A DNA stretch of 64,000 nucleotides from Anaeramoeba ignava BMAN. Taxonomy: Eukaryota; Protista; Anaeramoebae. Location: assembly GCA_028826165.1 (NCBI GenBank), contig JAPDFW010000103.1, positions 682,001 to 746,000 on the forward strand. The letters run 5' to 3'. The notes beneath the pieces were generated by a model. The model saw nothing but the letters and a program-made list of their open reading frames with translations. It made no database searches and was not told the DNA's origin. This document shows positions 1 to 12,339 of the stretch, piece after piece (the stretch's first letter is position 1; every line of letters begins with the position of its first letter). A program made the position numbers and the translations under genes.

Positions 1-3000
1 ATTTTGAGGTTTTTTTCTTATACAAATCAACCGATTTTGAATTGAATTTTGAATTGGAAACAATTGAAGTAATTTTGATGTAAAATCAACAATATTTTCT
101 TCATTAATTAAACTTAATTCTTTCAATTTCTCTGTTTCTAATTTGGGATTAAATAAATGTAAAAGTGGAATAATTTCTTCAATTTCTTGTTTTAAATAAA
201 AATGATGAAGAATTGAAAAAAATTGTTCTTGTGAGAAAAAAGAAATTAATGGATATTTTTCATAAGCTTTTTCAATTTCTTTTTCCCATTTTTCTAAATC
301 TTTTTGAAATTCATTTTTAGTTTTTTGAATTTCATTCCAATCATCATTTGGTTTGAGAATTAATTCTTTGTGGTAATTCTTTTTTCGATATTTGAAATGA
401 GCACAATTCAATAATTTATGAAATAAATGAGGAAGAGTTTCAATTATTGGGAATATTCTTTGAAATTGTAATATATAATTTTGAATATTTTCATCTTGAA
501 ATAATAAATTAGATGTTTTGGTAAGAAAACTATTTGATTGTTCGATTTCTTCTTTCCTTCTAAAATCTTGGAAAATATAATAAATTTCATATAAAGATTT
601 AAGATCAATCGAATCATCTTCAATTTCACAAAGAAAAATTTCATTTTCATTTTCAATTTCATTTTCAAATTCATTTTCGTTTTCAGTTTCAATTTTTTGT
701 TTAAATTCGAAAATAAATTTGCATCCTTTTGAAAACATTTTTGTAATTCTTTCAACAGCTTGTTGTTGGATTGATTTTTTATTCATTTTCAAAGTTTGAA
801 TAAATTCATGAAAGGTTTTGTGTAAAAATGCAAAATCAAAAGCTCTTTCTTTTTGGTTTTTTTGGAAATCTCTTTCTGATTCATTAATCAAATCTAAAAA
901 TTGTTCAATATTTGTAAATTTTTTCTCATAATATAAATATTTTGTCATTCTATTTCTAAGTGAATTTAATAATTGAGCTGTGATTGAAAGTTTCGAATTT
1001 CCAGAAGAAATTGATTCAATAATTTTTTGGAATTCATCATTATTTGTTTGTTCTTTCAACCAATCAAGAATCTCTGTATCAAATTTAACAATTTCTTTTT
1101 CGATTTTAATTTCTTTTTCTTTTTCTTTTTCTTTTTCATTTTCACTTTTAGTTTCATTTTCATTTTCATTTTCATTTTCATTTTCATTTTCATTTTCATT
1201 TTCACTTTTAGTTTCATTTTCATTTTCACTTTTAGTTTCACTTTTAGTTTCATTTTCATTTTCATTTTCATTTTCACTTTCTTTTTCATTTTCTTTTTCA
1301 TTTTCAATTTCTAATTTTGGAATTTCAGATAAAATAACTCTTTTAGGCATTAATTCACCAATAAAAGTTAAAATTTGAGTTGTTAATTTATTGGATGTTT
1401 TGAGAGTTGTTTTTAAAATATCTGATGCTTGAGATAACTGTTGATTTTTTTCAAAAGTTGGTTGATAGAATTTTGGTTCTTCTTGAAATTCAAATTGATT
1501 ACAGAAATGTTGAAATGATGGATAAGTCTCTGTATTTCGAATAATTTTTCTGTAATCTTGAATTTTATCTTGATCAATATTTATCTTTGCTGATCCAGAA
1601 AAAAAAGCTTTATTTAATTTTTTAATTTCAGATTCTAAATCTTCATCTTTTAAATCATTTGAGAAAAATTGATTTAATTCTTCAAAATTAATTGTTTGTT
1701 TTTCAATTCTATACCTTAAATCATCCCATTCTTTTTTAACTTTTGGAATAAGTTCTTCTTGAATTTCTTTTAATAAATTTTCTCTCTTTTCTTTTTTGAA
1801 AAAGTTGATTTTTTCTCTATTCCAAATTTTTAAAAAAATGTAACTTTGTTCTAATTTTTCAAAAAATTCTAAATCATTAAAATTCAAATTAAGAGGTTTG
1901 AAAATCTCGTCAATTTCAGAAAGTTTATGAAAATTTTGAATTTTATCATCTTGAATATATTTTTCTTTTTCAATTTGCGATAAAACATTTTCAATTTCTT
2001 TAATTTGATTATTTTCTTCTTTTGTAAGAAATATTGATGAAAATATTTTAAGTAATTTTTCTTTTTTTTCAAGTTCATCTTTCCTTTTTTGAGACTCATC
2101 AAAAATACAATTTGAATTAAATATTTCAAAAATTTGTTTAAATGTTTTTTCATTTGTCCAAAAATCAAAGAATTCATGAATGGTAACTTTTTCTGGATTG
2201 TTTAAAAGTTGAGATTTTTCTGAAATTTGTCTTTTCCAATTCTCAAGTTCTAAATAAAATTGATTTGATTCTTGTTCAATTTTTTGATTTGTTTTTTGTA
2301 AATTATTAAACCATTTAAGGGTTTTTATCAAAATTTCAAATTCTGTTTCATTTAAATTTTTAACTAAAATAAAAAAATCTTTGTTTTGATTTTCTTTTTC
2401 TTGAATTTTCAATTTGTTTTCGAAAAACTGAATTTGGAAAGGATAAACTGGGATATTAGAAATGATTTTTTTATCGTTTATAATTGAATCGATTTCGATA
2501 GCATCAAATATCTGAACAACAAATTGGTTGATTGGTTCTTGGATTTTTGGATTTGAAAAATTGATGTTAAAAATTTTTTGTTTAGCAATTTCTTGAAGCA
2601 TTTGATTTGGATTAATTTTGTGAAATTCTTGAAATTTGAAATTAGAAGAAATCAGATTTTCGAATTTTGATCTATCAAAAATGTATTTCTCTTTGTCATA
2701 ACCAAGATTTCCATTTTTTCTCATTTCTTCCACTTCTTTTTTTTTCTTTTCAAAATATTGCTCACAATTATTACTAAATTCATTCCAAACTTCAACCCAT
2801 TTTTTGATTTGAGTTGTTTTGATATGAGAAATTAAAGAATAAATGGATTGCTGTCCTAAATCTTCAAATATTTTTTGTAAAATCAAATAATTATTTTGGA
2901 GATCAAAAAAGAAATGAAATTTCAATTCATTTGTGATTAGAAAATTATTGAAAGTATCATTTTGAAAAGATAATTTGAAAAATGAATTGCTCGTAATATT

Positions 3001-4371
3001 GTCTAACATTTCGATAAAATATCTAATAAATAATTGGATTGATTCTTCATTTCCACTTTTTGGTGGAGAAATTGGAAAACTTGTTAAATTAAACTGGAGG
3101 TAAATTGGATAAAAATGCAACAAATGATATTGATATTGATTTGATTTTTGTGATAATAATTGGTGAATTCTCAGTGAAAAAGTGGATTGTAAATATTGAT
3201 CTTGTTGAGATTCTATTGTTAATATCTCAGAAAAAGTTTTCAAAAAATCAACCTTTTTTTCTTGAATAAATTGAATTGGAACTAAAACTTTTTTCAAATC
3301 TTCATTTTTACAATAATTAAAATAGTAAATCATAAAAATTCTGAAAATAATGGGATAATTTATATTAGAAACTAATTGAAGTAAATTTGGATTTTCAAAA
3401 AATTGAGAAATAAATTGTAATTTATCCTTTTCATCTTTATTTGATAATTTTGATATATTTGTAACAACTTTTATAATTTCTTTTAATTGGAATTGAGTAG
3501 AATTTTTCTCTTTTTCCTTATTCTCAAGAAAAAAAGCAAGGAAAGCTTGAAGGAAATCTTTTTGGATATTTTTCATTTCTTGAGAATTTTCTTGACTATT
3601 ATCAACAAAGAACGATTTTACAAAATTCGTTATTTTTCGAAGTGTAGAATCAAATCCAAAAATTGAAAAAGCATATTCAGAATTTGAATCTTCTTTCTTT
3701 TCTATTGTGATTAGATTTTTATCTTCAATTTTAAAATCCTTTAGTGTTTCATTAAAAAAGTAAAAAGAAAATGTTTTATCTTTGTTTTTCTTTTTGTTAA
3801 AAGAAATTCTCCATAAATTTTGAAAGTTTCCAATTTTTTCAATTTTTTTGTTCTTCATTTTTGAGTCTGAATCAACTTTAATTTTTTCAAATTCAAATTT
3901 TCCTTTTAATTTTTTATTTTTTTTCATTTCATTCATCATTTGTTCTTGTAATTTTTGTTTAATTTTTTCGAAATCTGCATAAAGAAAAACATGAACATCA
4001 AAATTTTGTTTATTTTCTTTTTTTGTTTCTTGTTTTTTGCGTTTTTCTTTTTGTATATTTTGTTGTTTTTGTTCTTCTTTCTTTTGTTTCTTTTTTTCTT
4101 GTTTTTTTTCTTTTGTTTTTGTTTTTGTTTGTTTTTGTTCTTTTGTTTGTTTTTGTTCTTGTTTTTGTTTCTTTTTTTCTTGTTCTTGTTTTTGTTTTTG
4201 TTCTTGTTTTTGTTTCTTTTTTTCTTGTTCTTCTTTCTTTTTTTTTTCTTGTAATTGTTTCTTTTCTTGTTCTTGTTTCTTTTTTTCTTGTTTCTTTTGT
4301 TCTTGTAATTGTTTTTTTTGTTGTTTTAATTGTTTTTTTTTTTCTTGTTTTGTTTGTTTTTTTGAAGACAT
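1..4371 (-). CDS. Large intronless protein (>1450 aa, 3' end beyond window), probable RNF213-like giant AAA+/E3 ligase N-terminal/stalk region
   Basis: ATG at 4371 (MSSKKQTKQEKKK, K/Q/E-rich start). The frame is open at every segment I translated down to position 1 (…FPIQNSIQNRLICIRKKPQN), and it is absent from the ORF track, presumably because no stop lies in the window. Segments SIQQQAVERITKMFSKGCKFIF, LPHLFHKLLNCAHFKYRK and WEKEIEKAYEKYPLISFFSQEQF resemble, in order, RNF213 motifs just upstream of the AAA core (recalled, not aligned). Confidence 0.5.
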   Translation of the reverse strand, partial: MSSKKQTKQEKKKQLKQQKKQLQEQKKQEKKKQEQEKKQLQEKKKKEEQEKKKQKQEQKQKQEQEKKKQKQEQKQTKEQKQTKTKTKEKKQEKKKQKKEEQKQQNIQKEKRKKQETKKENKQNFDVHVFLYADFEKIKQKLQEQMMNEMKKNKKLKGKFEFEKIKVDSDSKMKNKKIEKIGNFQNLWRISFNKKKNKDKTFSFYFFNETLKDFKIEDKNLITIEKKEDSNSEYAFSIFGFDSTLRKITNFVKSFFVDNSQENSQEMKNIQKDFLQAFLAFFLENKEKEKNSTQFQLKEIIKVVTNISKLSNKDEKDKLQFISQFFENPNLLQLVSNINYPIIFRIFMIYYFNYCKNEDLKKVLVPIQFIQEKKVDFLKTFSEILTIESQQDQYLQSTFSLRIHQLLSQKSNQYQYHLLHFYPIYLQFNLTSFPISPPKSGNEESIQLFIRYFIEMLDNITSNSFFKLSFQNDTFNNFLITNELKFHFFFDLQNNYLILQKIFEDLGQQSIYSLISHIKTTQIKKWVEVWNEFSNNCEQYFEKKKKEVEEMRKNGNLGYDKEKYIFDRSKFENLISSNFKFQEFHKINPNQMLQEIAKQKIFNINFSNPKIQEPINQFVVQIFDAIEIDSIINDKKIISNIPVYPFQIQFFENKLKIQEKENQNKDFFILVKNLNETEFEILIKTLKWFNNLQKTNQKIEQESNQFYLELENWKRQISEKSQLLNNPEKVTIHEFFDFWTNEKTFKQIFEIFNSNCIFDESQKRKDELEKKEKLLKIFSSIFLTKEENNQIKEIENVLSQIEKEKYIQDDKIQNFHKLSEIDEIFKPLNLNFNDLEFFEKLEQSYIFLKIWNREKINFFKKEKRENLLKEIQEELIPKVKKEWDDLRYRIEKQTINFEELNQFFSNDLKDEDLESEIKKLNKAFFSGSAKINIDQDKIQDYRKIIRNTETYPSFQHFCNQFEFQEEPKFYQPTFEKNQQLSQASDILKTTLKTSNKLTTQILTFIGELMPKRVILSEIPKLEIENEKENEKESENENENENETKSETKSENENETKSENENENENENENENENETKSENEKEKEKEKEIKIEKEIVKFDTEILDWLKEQTNNDEFQKIIESISSGNSKLSITAQLLNSLRNRMTKYLYYEKKFTNIEQFLDLINESERDFQKNQKERAFDFAFLHKTFHEFIQTLKMNKKSIQQQAVERITKMFSKGCKFIFEFKQKIETENENEFENEIENENEIFLCEIEDDSIDLKSLYEIYYIFQDFRRKEEIEQSNSFLTKTSNLLFQDENIQNYILQFQRIFPIIETLPHLFHKLLNCAHFKYRKKNYHKELILKPNDDWNEIQKTKNEFQKDLEKWEKEIEKAYEKYPLISFFSQEQFFSILHHFYLKQEIEEIIPLLHLFNPKLETEKLKELSLINEENIVDFTSKLLQLFPIQNSIQNRLICIRKKPQN

Positions 4372-4494
4372 AATAATAAAAATAATAAAAATAGCAAATA
4401 AAAAAATGAAAAAAAAAATGAAAAAAAAAATGAAAAAAAAAAAGTGGATATTTTTAAAATTCTCCCTTTTTTTTTTATTTTTTTGTTTTTTAAT

Positions 4495-6617
4495 TTAAAT
4501 TTGGTCTTTTGTTAAAAATAAACTTTTTAATTTATATTTTTTATATTTTTGAAATCTTTTTTTAAAAATTCCACTTTTTAATGAAGTTTGTTCTGCTTGA
4601 ATTGCTTTTGTTAAAAGAAAATCTTTTAATTTATGTTGAGGAATTAATGTATTTTGAGGTATTTTTGGAAGAAATTCATTAACACAAGATTTTGAAACTG
4701 TTCGAATTCTTTTTAAAAGAAGAATTTGATTAAAAAATTTTGATTAAAAAATTTAATTAAACAAAATTATTTTTTTACCGAAAGTAAATATTTCTTTTCT
4801 TTGGGATTTTAACAGGTTGAATTCCAATCAAAACATCTATAATTTTAAATTTGATTTTAATTTTAAATTTAAATTTTAATTTTAATTTTAATTTTTAATT
4901 TTAATTTAAATATTGATTTTAATTTTAATTTTAATTTTAATTTTAATATTGATTTAATTTTAATTTTAATTTTAATTTTAATTTTAATTTTAATTTAGAT
5001 TTACGGTTTTGTTGAGATGGCATTGCTTCAGGATTATATATACTATTTGGTTCTATAAAAACCAAAACTACAATATCATTTCCAATATGTTTTTTCTTTT
5101 CAACCTATCATTAATTTTATCAATTTTTTTATTCAATAATTTTGAATAATTAAATTTCCAAAAATAAAATATTAAAAATACTTGTTGAGATTTGTTTTTG
5201 AAAGTAGGAAATAAAGTTGAAACATGAAACATAATTTCAAAATCATTCCATTTTGTATAAATACTATATTTTCCTGCACTTCCATCTTTTATAAATTATA
5301 AATTATAAATTTTAAATTTTTAATTTCAAAGATCTTTTTTTTCTAATTTATACATTTTTTATCTAATCCACCAATATAACCTTCAAAAGTTTTCAATTCC
5401 ACTTTTTCTCCAATTAAATTTAAAAAAGTTTCAAATTCTTGAGATGTTTCATCTTTTTTAATAATAAAAATATTTGTTTGTTTTCAAGATTTAAAATTTT
5501 TTGGAAAAATAAAGGAAATTATATTTAAAATTTGTTTACTATTTGATAAAATTTCATTTTCAGTAAATTGATTTGGTTTAACATAAATCACACCGAATTT
5601 ATATTCTTTATGAAACTTTTTGTTTTGTTTTTTGTTTTTTTGTGTTTTTTTTAGTGATAAAAAAAATTAATCATCAAAAAATAAAGATAATTTACTGTTG
5701 GATTTTCTAATGCCAATAAATCTTGGGCTGGACAAGAACATTTTATTAAATTTGAATTCTTTAATAAATCATCCGTTTTTTGAATAACACTTTTATAAGA
5801 AGGAGAAACACAAAAAGTACTTCTTAAACAACCTTTTTTAATTTGAGTTTTATTAATAGTATCATATTTTAAATCTTCTTTTGAAAAAATCAAAAGTTTA
5901 TAAAAAGTATTTTGATTTGAAGTTATTTCCCGAATACAAAAGAGCATATATTTTTTATTTGGATGATAAGTAGCATAACAACTATAATCTATTAAATTAA
6001 ATGGACAAAAAAGCAAAAAATTTTTGTAACTTTTTTTTTAATTGAAAAAATCAAATTAAATCAAATCAAAAACCTTTTCCTTCAAAATGAGTTGTAAATA
6101 TTGTTTCTTTTTTTTTAAAATCTAAATTTTCATCATCAGTTTCATCAAATTCTTCATTAAATTCTTCTTGTTTCCATTCTGAATTTTTTATTGTAAATAA
6201 TTCGATTTCTTTTTCTGGATCTTTTTCTTTTGGAAATTTAATTTTTTGAATTTGATTTCTTTTTGTTTTTGTTTTTGTTTTCTCTTTTATTTCAATATTT
6301 TTTTTTTGATTTGAATTTTTTTGAATTAATTTCTCATATTTTTCATCTGAATTTGAATCTGTTTCTTCAATTTGATTTTGGATTTGATTTTGATTTTGAT
6401 TTTGATTTTGATTTTGATTTTGATTTTGATTTTGGATTTGATTTTGATTTTGATTTTGATTTTGATTTTGGATTTGATTTTGATTTTGATTTTGATTTTG
6501 AATTAGATTTTGATTTTCATTTAGATTTTCATTTAGATTTTCATTTTCATTTAAATTTTCATTTAGATTTTCATTTAAAAGTTTTTGTTTATCAGAAGAA
6601 ATTGAATTTAATTCCAT
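4495..6617 (-). CDS. Rap/Ran-GAP domain protein (multi-exon) with N-terminal NE/NQ low-complexity region
   Basis: Spliced exons give YKFGVIYVKPNQFTENEILSN, SQEFETFLNLIGEKVELKTFEGYIGGLD, GKYSIYTKWNDFEIMFHVSTLFP, EKKKHIGNDIVVLVF (Asn-thumb motif) and DFLLTKAIQAE. Introns are GT-AG; stop TAA at 4495-4497. Confidence 0.92.
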
Positions 6618-6768
6618 TTTTGTGTTTTTTAAATTAAATTAAATAAGAAAATGAAAGAAAAAAAATGAAAAAAAAAAGAAGAAAAAAAATTTTTTTTCGT
6701 TTTAGTTTTTAATTGAAAAAAAAAATAAGAAAGAAGAAAGAAAAAGCAAAAAAACAAAAACAAAAACA

Positions 6769-9700
6769 TTAAACCAAAACGAAATGAAGTAAAAATTCAA
6801 GTCTTTTTCGAGTATCTTTGAGTACTTGTTTTTTATCTGTAAAAGGAGGTCTTAAAATAACACTTGAAAATACATAAGCTAATTTAAAAATTTTTTTCCG
6901 AATTCAAATTTTAATTTTAATTTAAAATTATAAATTAATTTTAATTTTAATTTTAATTTTAATTATAAATTTTAATTTTAATTATAAATTAATTTTAAAT
7001 TAATTTTAATTTTGATTTTAATTTTAAATTTTAATATTTAATTACCAATATTTTCTGGATTTAAAGAATTTGATTTAGAATGTTTTAATAATTCTCTAAT
7101 AAAACTGATTATGTAGATAAAAACGTGATAATGAGCACTCGGAAGTTGCTTAACAATTTTCAAACAATCAATATAAGAAGAACTATTTTCTATGCAAGCC
7201 TTATACATAGTATAAGGAATAACAGGAACAGGTAAAGAGGATAAAAACATCAAAATAGATTCAGCCATTGAATAACAAGTTGCATCTATTGAAAAAGGTT
7301 GATCTGTATCAAGACATTCTCTAATTTGCTCCATTTCTTTTGTATCTCCAGTTTCTAGAAAAATATTTGGTTCGTGTAATCCGTTATTGTAAATGTAATT
7401 TGTCATTCTCCATAATTCTTTTGGTATAGACATTTCTGTTGTTGATTTTTCATTTAAAGATGCAAATCTAATAGGTCGTGGTTGATTTACTAATGTTTCA
7501 AGACTTGTTGCAAAACAACTTCTTAGATAATTTCCAGTTACAGATATCTAAATTTTTTAATTTTAATATTGATTTTAATTTCAATTTTAATTTTAATTTT
7601 AATATTAATTTTAATTTTTTATCCGATTTTAATTTAAATTTTAATTTTAATTTTAATTTTAATTTTAATTTTAATTTTAAATTTTAATTTTAATTTTAAT
7701 TTTAATTTTAATTTTAAATTTAATTTTAAATTAATTTTAATTTTAATTTTAATTTTAATTTTAATTTTAATTTTAATTTTAATTTTAATTTTAAATTTTA
7801 ATTTCAATTTTAATTTTAATTTTAATTTTAATTTTAATTTTAATTTTTAATTTTAATTTTAATTTTAATTTTAATTTTAATTTAAATTTTAATTTTAGAT
7901 TTTAATTTTAATTTTAATTTAAATTTTAATTTTAAATTTTAATTTTAATTTTAAATTTTAATTTTAATTTAAATTTTAAATTAATTTTAATTTTAATTTT
8001 AATTTTAATTTTAATTTTAATTTTAATTTTAATTTAAATTTTAATTTTAATTTTAATTTTAATTTTAATTTTAATTTACAAAATGATCTTTTCCATTTTC
8101 TAAATGAATAATTAAAATATCATCCAAAACATCATTTAAACTATTTAAAAGTAAAGCTGAATTATTATCAACAAGAACAGTAAGAGAGATTTTTGTTTCA
8201 CAACCTGGAAGAATTATTCCACAATTTTTATCAACAGTAATCCAAGGTTTACAAATTTCAGACTCATTAAGTTTGGGAATAAATTTAAACTGAACCCAAA
8301 CAGAGCCTGTATTAGAAAGAATAAGTGATTGTGTCACAGGAATATTATATTTCATATCTTTAAAACTAAATTGATGAGCATTAATTGCTGCATTTGGTAT
8401 TGATTCATTTTCCATTCTGTCAAGTTCTTTTATCAACTTGTTTTGATATTCTCGTCTTTTTTCTGGAATTATTGAATTCACTTGAATTGTGAAAATTGAT
8501 GAAACTGCTTTATGATCTGATGATAAAAACTCATGCCTTCGATATTCTTCACATTCAATATCATTTCCATAATATAAAATACGATCACACCAAGCAGGAA
8601 TTCTTTTCTTTTCACTTTTAATTTTAATTTTAATTTTAATTTTTTAAATGAATTTTAATTTTTTATCCGATTTGAATTTTAATTTTAATTTTAATTTTAA
8701 TTTTAATTTTAATTTTAATTTTGATTTTAATTTTAATTTTAATTTTAATTTTAATTTTAATTTTGATTTTAATTTTGATTTTAATTTTAATTTTAATTTT
8801 GATTTTAATTTTGATTTTAATTTTAATTTTAATTTTAAATTTTTATCCGATTTTAATTTTAATTTTGATTTTGATTTTAATTTTAAATTTTAATTTTAAT
8901 TTTAATTTGAATTTTAATTTTAATTTTAATTTTAATTTTAATTTTAATTTTATAAATGAATTTTAATTTTTTATCCGATTTGAATTTAAATTTTGATTTT
9001 AATTTTAATTTTAATTTTAATTTTAATTTTAATTTTAATTTTAATTTTGATTTTAATTTTAATTTTAATTTTAATTTTAATTTTAATTTTAAATTTTAAT
9101 TTGAATTTTAATTTTATTTTTATTTTTATTTTTAATTTACCTTGTATCATAATTATCAGATTGTGGATCATATTTGTAAGTTGGTGCAAATGTAATTTTA
9201 GGTTCTTTAAATTGTGAAAATGCTACTCCTGCTTTCATTTGAGCTTGAAGTTGATCTTTTTCAAAAAGAGCATCAAATTCTTTTTTTTCTATCATTGCTT
9301 TAACACTTTTATCAGGAAAAGAAATTCTATAATTTAAATCTCCAAACCAAAAAACCATATCAGAATCAAATATTGTTTTTCCTGATGTTTTGTCATTAAA
9401 TGTTAATCCATTTGTGATATTTCTTTGATCTTGATTTCTTTTGTTAACACTTTTGAGATGACAAGCAAGATGACTATTAATAATAATGATATTACTATCA
9501 TAACAATTAAATTTAACTGCAACTGCTCCTTTATTTCCCTTTTAGATAATGAAAGAATTTAAATATTTATTGAATTTAAATATTTTATAAATTTAAATAT
9601 TTTTTGGATTTAAATATTTATGAATTTAAATATTTATTAATTTAAATATTTATAAATTTAAATATTTAATAAATTTAAATATTTATTAATTTAAATATTT

Positions 9701-12176
9701 TATAAATTTAAATATTTTATGAATTTAAATATTTTATTGAATTTAAATATTTTATAAATTTAAATATTTTATAAATTTAAATATTTTATAAATTTAAATA
9801 TTTTATAAATTTAAATATTTATGAATTTAAATATTTTTTGGATTTAAATATTTATTAATTTAAATATTTATTGAATTTAAATATTTTATAAATTTAAATA
9901 TTTTTTGGATTTAAATATTTATGAATTTAAATATTTAATAAATTTAAATATTTTATGAATTTAAATATTTTATAAATTTAAATATTTATTAATTTAAATA
10001 TTTATTGAATTTAAATATTTTATGAATTTAAATATCTTATTGAATTTAAATATTTATTGAATTTAAATATTTTATAAATTTAAATATTTTATAAATTTAA
10101 ATATTTTATAAATTTAAATATTTTATTAATTTAAATATTTTATTGAATTTAAATATTTTATAAATTTAAATATTTTATGAATTTAAATATTTTATAAATA
10201 TTTTTACTAAAATTCCCATAACTCCAACAGCAACATCATCAACTTGAATATCACTAATAAAATTTGAATGTATCTTTTTTACATAAACACAAACCATAAT
10301 TCCTGCAAGTAATTTTGTTTTAATCTATTTTTTTAAATTTTAATTTTAATTCAAATTTTAATTTTAATTTTGATTTTAATTTTAAAAAATAATCACAGGA
10401 ACATATTCTTCAGGATGTTTTTCTAACATTTTTTGGATATAATCTTCCCAATTTTTTGCTTTTGTATGATCATTTCCAATTATTGCTGAAGCTGTCATAT
10501 CAATTTCTTGGAATCTAAATATTTTTAAATTTAAATATTTTATAAATTTAAATATTTTATGAATTTAAATATTTATGAATTTAAATATTTTATAAATTTA
10601 AATATTTTATTGAATTTAAATATAAATCACCCTAAAGCAATAATATCTGGTGTTCCATTATCATCACGAACCCAATCAGAAATATCTTCTTCTGGTTTTT
10701 GAGAATTAACATTCCAAGTTCCCATTAATACACGCATAGGTTTTTTCTCAGAAAATTCAGCTTTTTTCTTCATTAATTCATGATGAATCCATTCTTCTCT
10801 AAGTTTAGAAAACATAGGAGAACGAGAAACATGAGCTTCATTTTCATTTTCCAATTCTTTAAATTGTGAATTTTTTCGATTTTTTGGAGAAGTAGAAACA
10901 ACTAAAGAATATTTAAAATTATTTTAATATTTTTAATATTTTTAATATTTGAAATAGAATTTGTTTATTAATTCAACCATCAGTAAAAATTTGTTCATTT
11001 CCATCTTTCCTATAGTTTAAAATCCAAGAATGATGAGTTTCTCCAATATCTTTTGAAGAAAAACTGGATTTTTGAGCAAGTCTTAAAGCTCTTGCTAATT
11101 CTTTTTGAATATGTTGAATTGTATTTGATGGCGCTTTGATTTTATAAGTAATATCAGGTAGTTTAATTGATAATGTTGATTCATCTCCTCCCTTTTTAAA
11201 AGAATTAATAATTTTGATTTTAATTTTAATTTTGATTTTGATTTTGATTTTGATTTTAATTTTGATTTTGATTTTGATTTTAATTTTAATTTTAATTTTG
11301 ATTTTAATTTTGATTTTGATTTTAATTTTAATTTTAATTTTGATTTTAATTTTGATTTTAATTTTGATTTTAATTTTGATTTTGATTTTAATTTTGATTT
11401 TGATTTTGATTTTGATTTTGATTTTGATTTTGATTTTAATTTTAATTTTAATTTTGATTTTGATTTTGATTTTAATTTTGATTTTGATTTTGATTTTGAT
11501 TTTAATTTTGATTTTGATTTTGATTTTGATTTTGATTTTAATTTTTTGATTTTGATTTTGATTTTAATTTTGATTTTGATTTTAATTTTAATTTTGATTT
11601 TAATTTTAATTTTAATTTTAATTTTAATTTTGATTTTGATTTTGATTTTAATTTTAATTTTAATTTTAATTTTGATTTTAATTTTAATTTTAATTTTAAT
11701 TTTGATTTTGATTTTGATTTTAATTTTAATTTTTACCATAATTTCCCAATCAGAACAAATTGCAAGAACTGCTTCACTTTCAAATCGATTTCTTTTTTTC
11801 TTTATGATAAATAATCTTTTAATTTAATTTAATTTAAAAAAATTTTTTTTTTGCAATTTAAGATTTAAATAATTCATAATCAATAATATTCTTCATTTAA
11901 AAAATTTACGCCAATTCAAATTCTGATAAATTGGTTGATATTAAAGCTAGTGTTTTCTTTTCTTGTTTTCCTTGTTGATCAAACAATTTAATATCATGAA
12001 TGTAAAAAATAAATTAGATAAAAAAAAATATTTTTTTTTAGTCAAGAAAAGAAAAGAAAATAAAATAAAATAAATTTTAAATTAAAATTTGTTTTTAAAA
12101 AGTAATAAAAGGATATAAATATAATATTTTCTGTTGGTTGAAGTTCTTTTTTAAATTTATGAAGATTAAAATCCAT
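6769..12176 (-). CDS. OCRL: OCRL/INPP5B-type inositol polyphosphate 5-phosphatase (PH, 5-phosphatase, ASH, inactive RhoGAP-like domains), multi-exon
   Basis: Motifs GTWNVN, FWFGDLNYRI, PTYKYD, RIPAWCDRILY, SSDHKAV; ASH LSNTG…DDILIIHLENGKDHF; RhoGAP-like SIPKELWRM…IFLETG lacking the Arg finger. ATG at 12176, stop at 6769. Confidence 0.95.
9555..10200. repeat. Intronic ~18-20-bp tandem repeat (ATTTAAATATTTTATAA-type)
   Basis: Direct reading; the same motif occurs in the intron at 10515-10625. Confidence 0.92.
12002..12116 (-). other. U12-type (minor spliceosome) AT-AC intron, intron 1 of the OCRL gene
   Basis: 5' end ATATCCTTTT, 3' end TTTTTTAC, branch-like TTTTCTTGAC (12050-12041). Removing it joins a 20-codon exon 1 in phase 0 to an open exon 2. 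There is no GT or AG in the interval on this strand, and read-through hits TGA. Confidence 0.85.
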
Positions 12177-12339
12177 AAGAAAAAGAAAAAGAAAAAAATG
12201 AAAAAAAATGAAAAAAAAAATGAAAAAAAAAAATTAAAAATCATTTTTTCTAAAATTTTCTAATTCATTTTCCTTTTGCTTTCCCTTTTTCTCTTATTAT
12301 ATTTTTTATTTTATTTTATTTTACCTTTTTCCTTTTTAA

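Noticed and set aside
7478-11827. ORFs made of (IL)n, (FN)n, (IK)n, (DF)n, (LLIK)n here and across the window
   Set aside because: They are translations of intronic or intergenic microsatellites or antisense of real genes.
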